This document shows, one piece after another, positions 61,380-64,000 of a stretch of 64,000 nucleotides of DNA. The position numbers and the translations under genes were made by a program. Every line of letters starts with the position of its first letter. Position 1 is the stretch's first letter. Below the pieces are notes generated by a model, which was not told where the DNA came from, did no database searches, and saw only the letters and a list, made by a program, of their open reading frames with translations. The stretch comes from Squalus acanthias (lineage: Eukaryota). The stretch covers positions 84,074,001 through 84,138,000 of the forward strand of contig CM059432.1 of assembly GCA_030390025.1 (NCBI GenBank). The letters run 5' to 3'.

Positions 61380-63660
61380 CACAATAGAATTTGGCTCCAT
61401 AGTGCCCGTTGAGTGGGGGCTATGAGTGCCGTTTCTAGTGCAGGCCACACCGGACGCCACCTTGGGTAAGGCATTAGTGCAGGCGCAGGGAGCGTGCGCA
61501 GCAAGTATGTAGAGTAGGCAGATCGTGACGTCAATCGGCATGTAATGCTGATTTGATGCCAGCGCTGCCATTTTGGAGCTCAACGCTCCAGAAAACACCC
61601 TTTTCTTAAGCTCGCACAGCTGAACATGCGTTCAGCAGCAGGAAGGACACCACACCAGTACTATTTAAAGAGATCATCAATTACTTACAGGTTAGTTGCT
61701 GATTGTTTTTTTACTGGCTCTTGCTATGTTTGTAGAAGTGTTTGGTGGTTTCTAGAGTTATTTAAAGTTGCTAAAGTCTACAGGGAGTGGTGTGGCAGGT
61801 GCTTAAGGAATTTTTCCTGACTTCAAGGATTCTGCACAGACCACTTGCTCCCAGACATGGGTGCAGTAGTACCACATTGCCAATGGTTGTAAAGGTGGCG
61901 GTGGACATAAACTTTTATCCATTGGGCTCCTTCCAGGCTGGAGCAGGAGATATTTGCAACTTCTCCCAGTTAGCCATGCACTGTTGTATAAGGGAAATAA
62001 CTGATGCTCTTTATTCCAAGAGAGCTGAATACATTTCATTCTCTCTGGCCAGAGAGCAGCAGGCGGAGTCAGCATGCGGCTTCCCGAGGACTGCAGGCTT
62101 CTCCATGGTGCAGGGTGCCACTGATTGCACACACATCACTTTGCAGGCGCCGCATGTAAACTCTGAGATGTACCGCAACTGAAAGGGATTCCACTCCCTC
62201 AATGTCCAGCTGGTATGCAACCATACTCAGCGAATCTTGCAGGTGAATGCCCAGTGTAATGGGAGCAGTAATGATGCCTTCATTCTGCGGCGGTCCACTT
62301 TACCATCTGCATTTGAGCCACCACAGCAAACCAGAGCGTGGCTACTGGGTGACAAGGGCTATCCGTTAACAACATGGCTCATGCCTCCAATGCGCAATCC
62401 ACGCACATGTGGGCAGCAACGTTCCCTCTAAGCTGCGTGGCTGCGTGAGCGCGCAACTCTCTGCCGGTCCCGCGCAGCCCAGGACCGCCTTTTTTAATGT
62501 TAAATTTCGCGCACGCGCAAAACTGTAAATGGGCTGCCCTAAAAAAATTAGGGGGAACATTGGTGAGCAGCATTCATACAATAAAAGCCATGATGCCACA
62601 CGAAATATCATCGAGCAGACTATTGGCATGCTGAAGCAATGCTTCCGTTGCCTGGACCGCTCTGCGGTTCGCAGCAGAGTAAGAGTCGAGATTCGTGGTG
62701 GTCTGCTGCATGCTGCATAATCTCGCCATCATGAGGGAACATCCCTTGCCACCAGCTATACGGCAACCAACTCAGGAGGAGCTGCATGAGGAGGAGGAGG
62801 AGCATGAGGAGGAGCATGAGGAGGAAGGGAGGCGGCAACCCAGACAGGAACTTTCTGGCCGGGCTGTCCGTGACTGACTCATCCGGCTGCGATACCAGTA
62901 AATGCAACCCCAATTCCACATTCACCAACAGTCCCACACCTTACCTTCCCTCTGTTACTGACCATTACAGCGTCTGCTTGGCCACAATGCAAAAATAAAA
63001 GCCAACACAAAATAAACATTCAAAACCAATTTATCAATCAAACCATGCCATATTGCATTCAAACATCAAATAATCACCCTTGTGCATTCCCTTAGTGCCT
63101 GTCTTCTGTGTGCCTTTTCCCATCCTAGTGCTCCTGCACAGTGTTACTTCAGTGGCTGCAGCATGGCTGTTGGAAGGCCGCTGACTTTCAGTTGGGTAGA
63201 CTGCTGTTGGACTTGGAGGACGACCTTGAGCAGCTCTGGGCCTAGATGGCCCCGCTGTGGACTGCACCATCTCGGCATGGGAGGCAGTAATCTGGACTGG
63301 CTGGCTGACAGGCAACAGCAAGGGCACTGGCAGAATAGCAGAGGTGGGAGGAGGAATACTATAATCCTGAGATGGTCAGCAGGTTTGTGCTCCAAGCTCT
63401 ACGCAAAGCCCTGTGCCAAGTTGGTGTCAAACTCCTTCATGCTCCTTGACATTGCACGCAGGCTTTCTGGCAGGCCTGCCAATGCACCAAGCACTTCATT
63501 GTGCATACCCATCAGCCTTCTTCTGTACCCTGCCCCATTGAAGTACTCATCTGAGTCCTCTGCAGCAGAACTTGAGTGCATCCTCGGCCTCCGGGGAGCT
63601 GACACCTGCACTACCCTTGCCCCCTGCCCTGGCTGCAGGCCACTCATGCCCGGTGTCTCA
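61380..63660. mobile_element. Harbinger transposon, decayed and truncated (transposase + ~61850-62900; Myb exon 3 - ~63030-63660)
   Basis: [76 protein letters not shown] homologous to 28430-28600. Confidence 0.9.
62417..62562. mobile_element. 146-bp hAT-type MITE in the transposase
   Basis: TIR CAACGTTCCCTCTAA / TTAGGGGGAACATTG, 8-bp TSD GTGGGCAG/GTGAGCAG. Confidence 0.85.
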
Positions 63661-64000
63661 TGATCGTGACATCAGTGAGTGTGCAATGTTCACTGACTGT
63701 GAAATTGATTGTCGCCACCTACCTTTGCACCTGACGGAAACAGTGACAGGGAGAGCTGGCGTGAAGCACCAGGAAGCTGGCTCCAGGGGTGTTATTTAAA
63801 GGGATCATCAGTAATGAGTCGCAGCTGTAGGTTAGTGGAGTTTCAGTGCTTTCTTGTCAGTTTCACATAGTGCAACACTCTCATTCCAAGATTTCACGGT
63901 TATTTAGTATCAGGAGTGTTGTGGCAACTAAAAAGTAGCTACATTTATTCTTAAAAAAATCAAACTGCTACAGTTGATTACATTAATGGGGGCTGTACTG
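63661..64000 (+). mobile_element. Promoter region and transposase start of a second copy of the 27011-31117 family, running off the window
   Basis: Close match to the reverse complement of ~30612-30960; ends ATGGGGGCTGTACTG (MGAVL). Confidence 0.9.

Overview
Eukaryotic genomic DNA, very probably from a cartilaginous fish (inferred from the repeat families: CR1 LINEs with an esterase ORF1 and (TTCTWATG)n-type tails, L2 LINEs, a Deu-domain SINE, Neptune-type Penelope elements). I recognise no host protein-coding exon, rRNA, tRNA gene or CRISPR array. The window is almost entirely nested transposable elements: several PIF/Harbinger DNA transposons (convergent HARBI1-like DDE transposase plus spliced Myb/SANT NAIF1-like gene), about ten Harbinger-type MITEs with 3-bp TSDs, a hAT MITE, many CR1 and L2 copies, a decayed DIRS1-like element, SINEs, and about ten Penelope terminal repeats carrying minimal hammerhead-ribozyme cores. 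Most interesting: (1) an in-phase T_TTA_AAC slippery heptamer at the ORF1 stop of two divergent CR1 copies, with ORF2 in the -1 frame and no in-frame AUG in one copy (candidate -1 ribosomal frameshift); (2) two families of hammerhead cores, often in head-to-head palindromes; (3) a four-level Harbinger>Harbinger>CR1>MITE nest; (4) a Myb-only Harbinger, a shared CRE+TATA-like module and a readable Harbinger target consensus; (5) a ~2 kb AT-rich island without recognisable repeats. Coordinates of decayed elements are approximate; family names come from motif recognition, not database searches.
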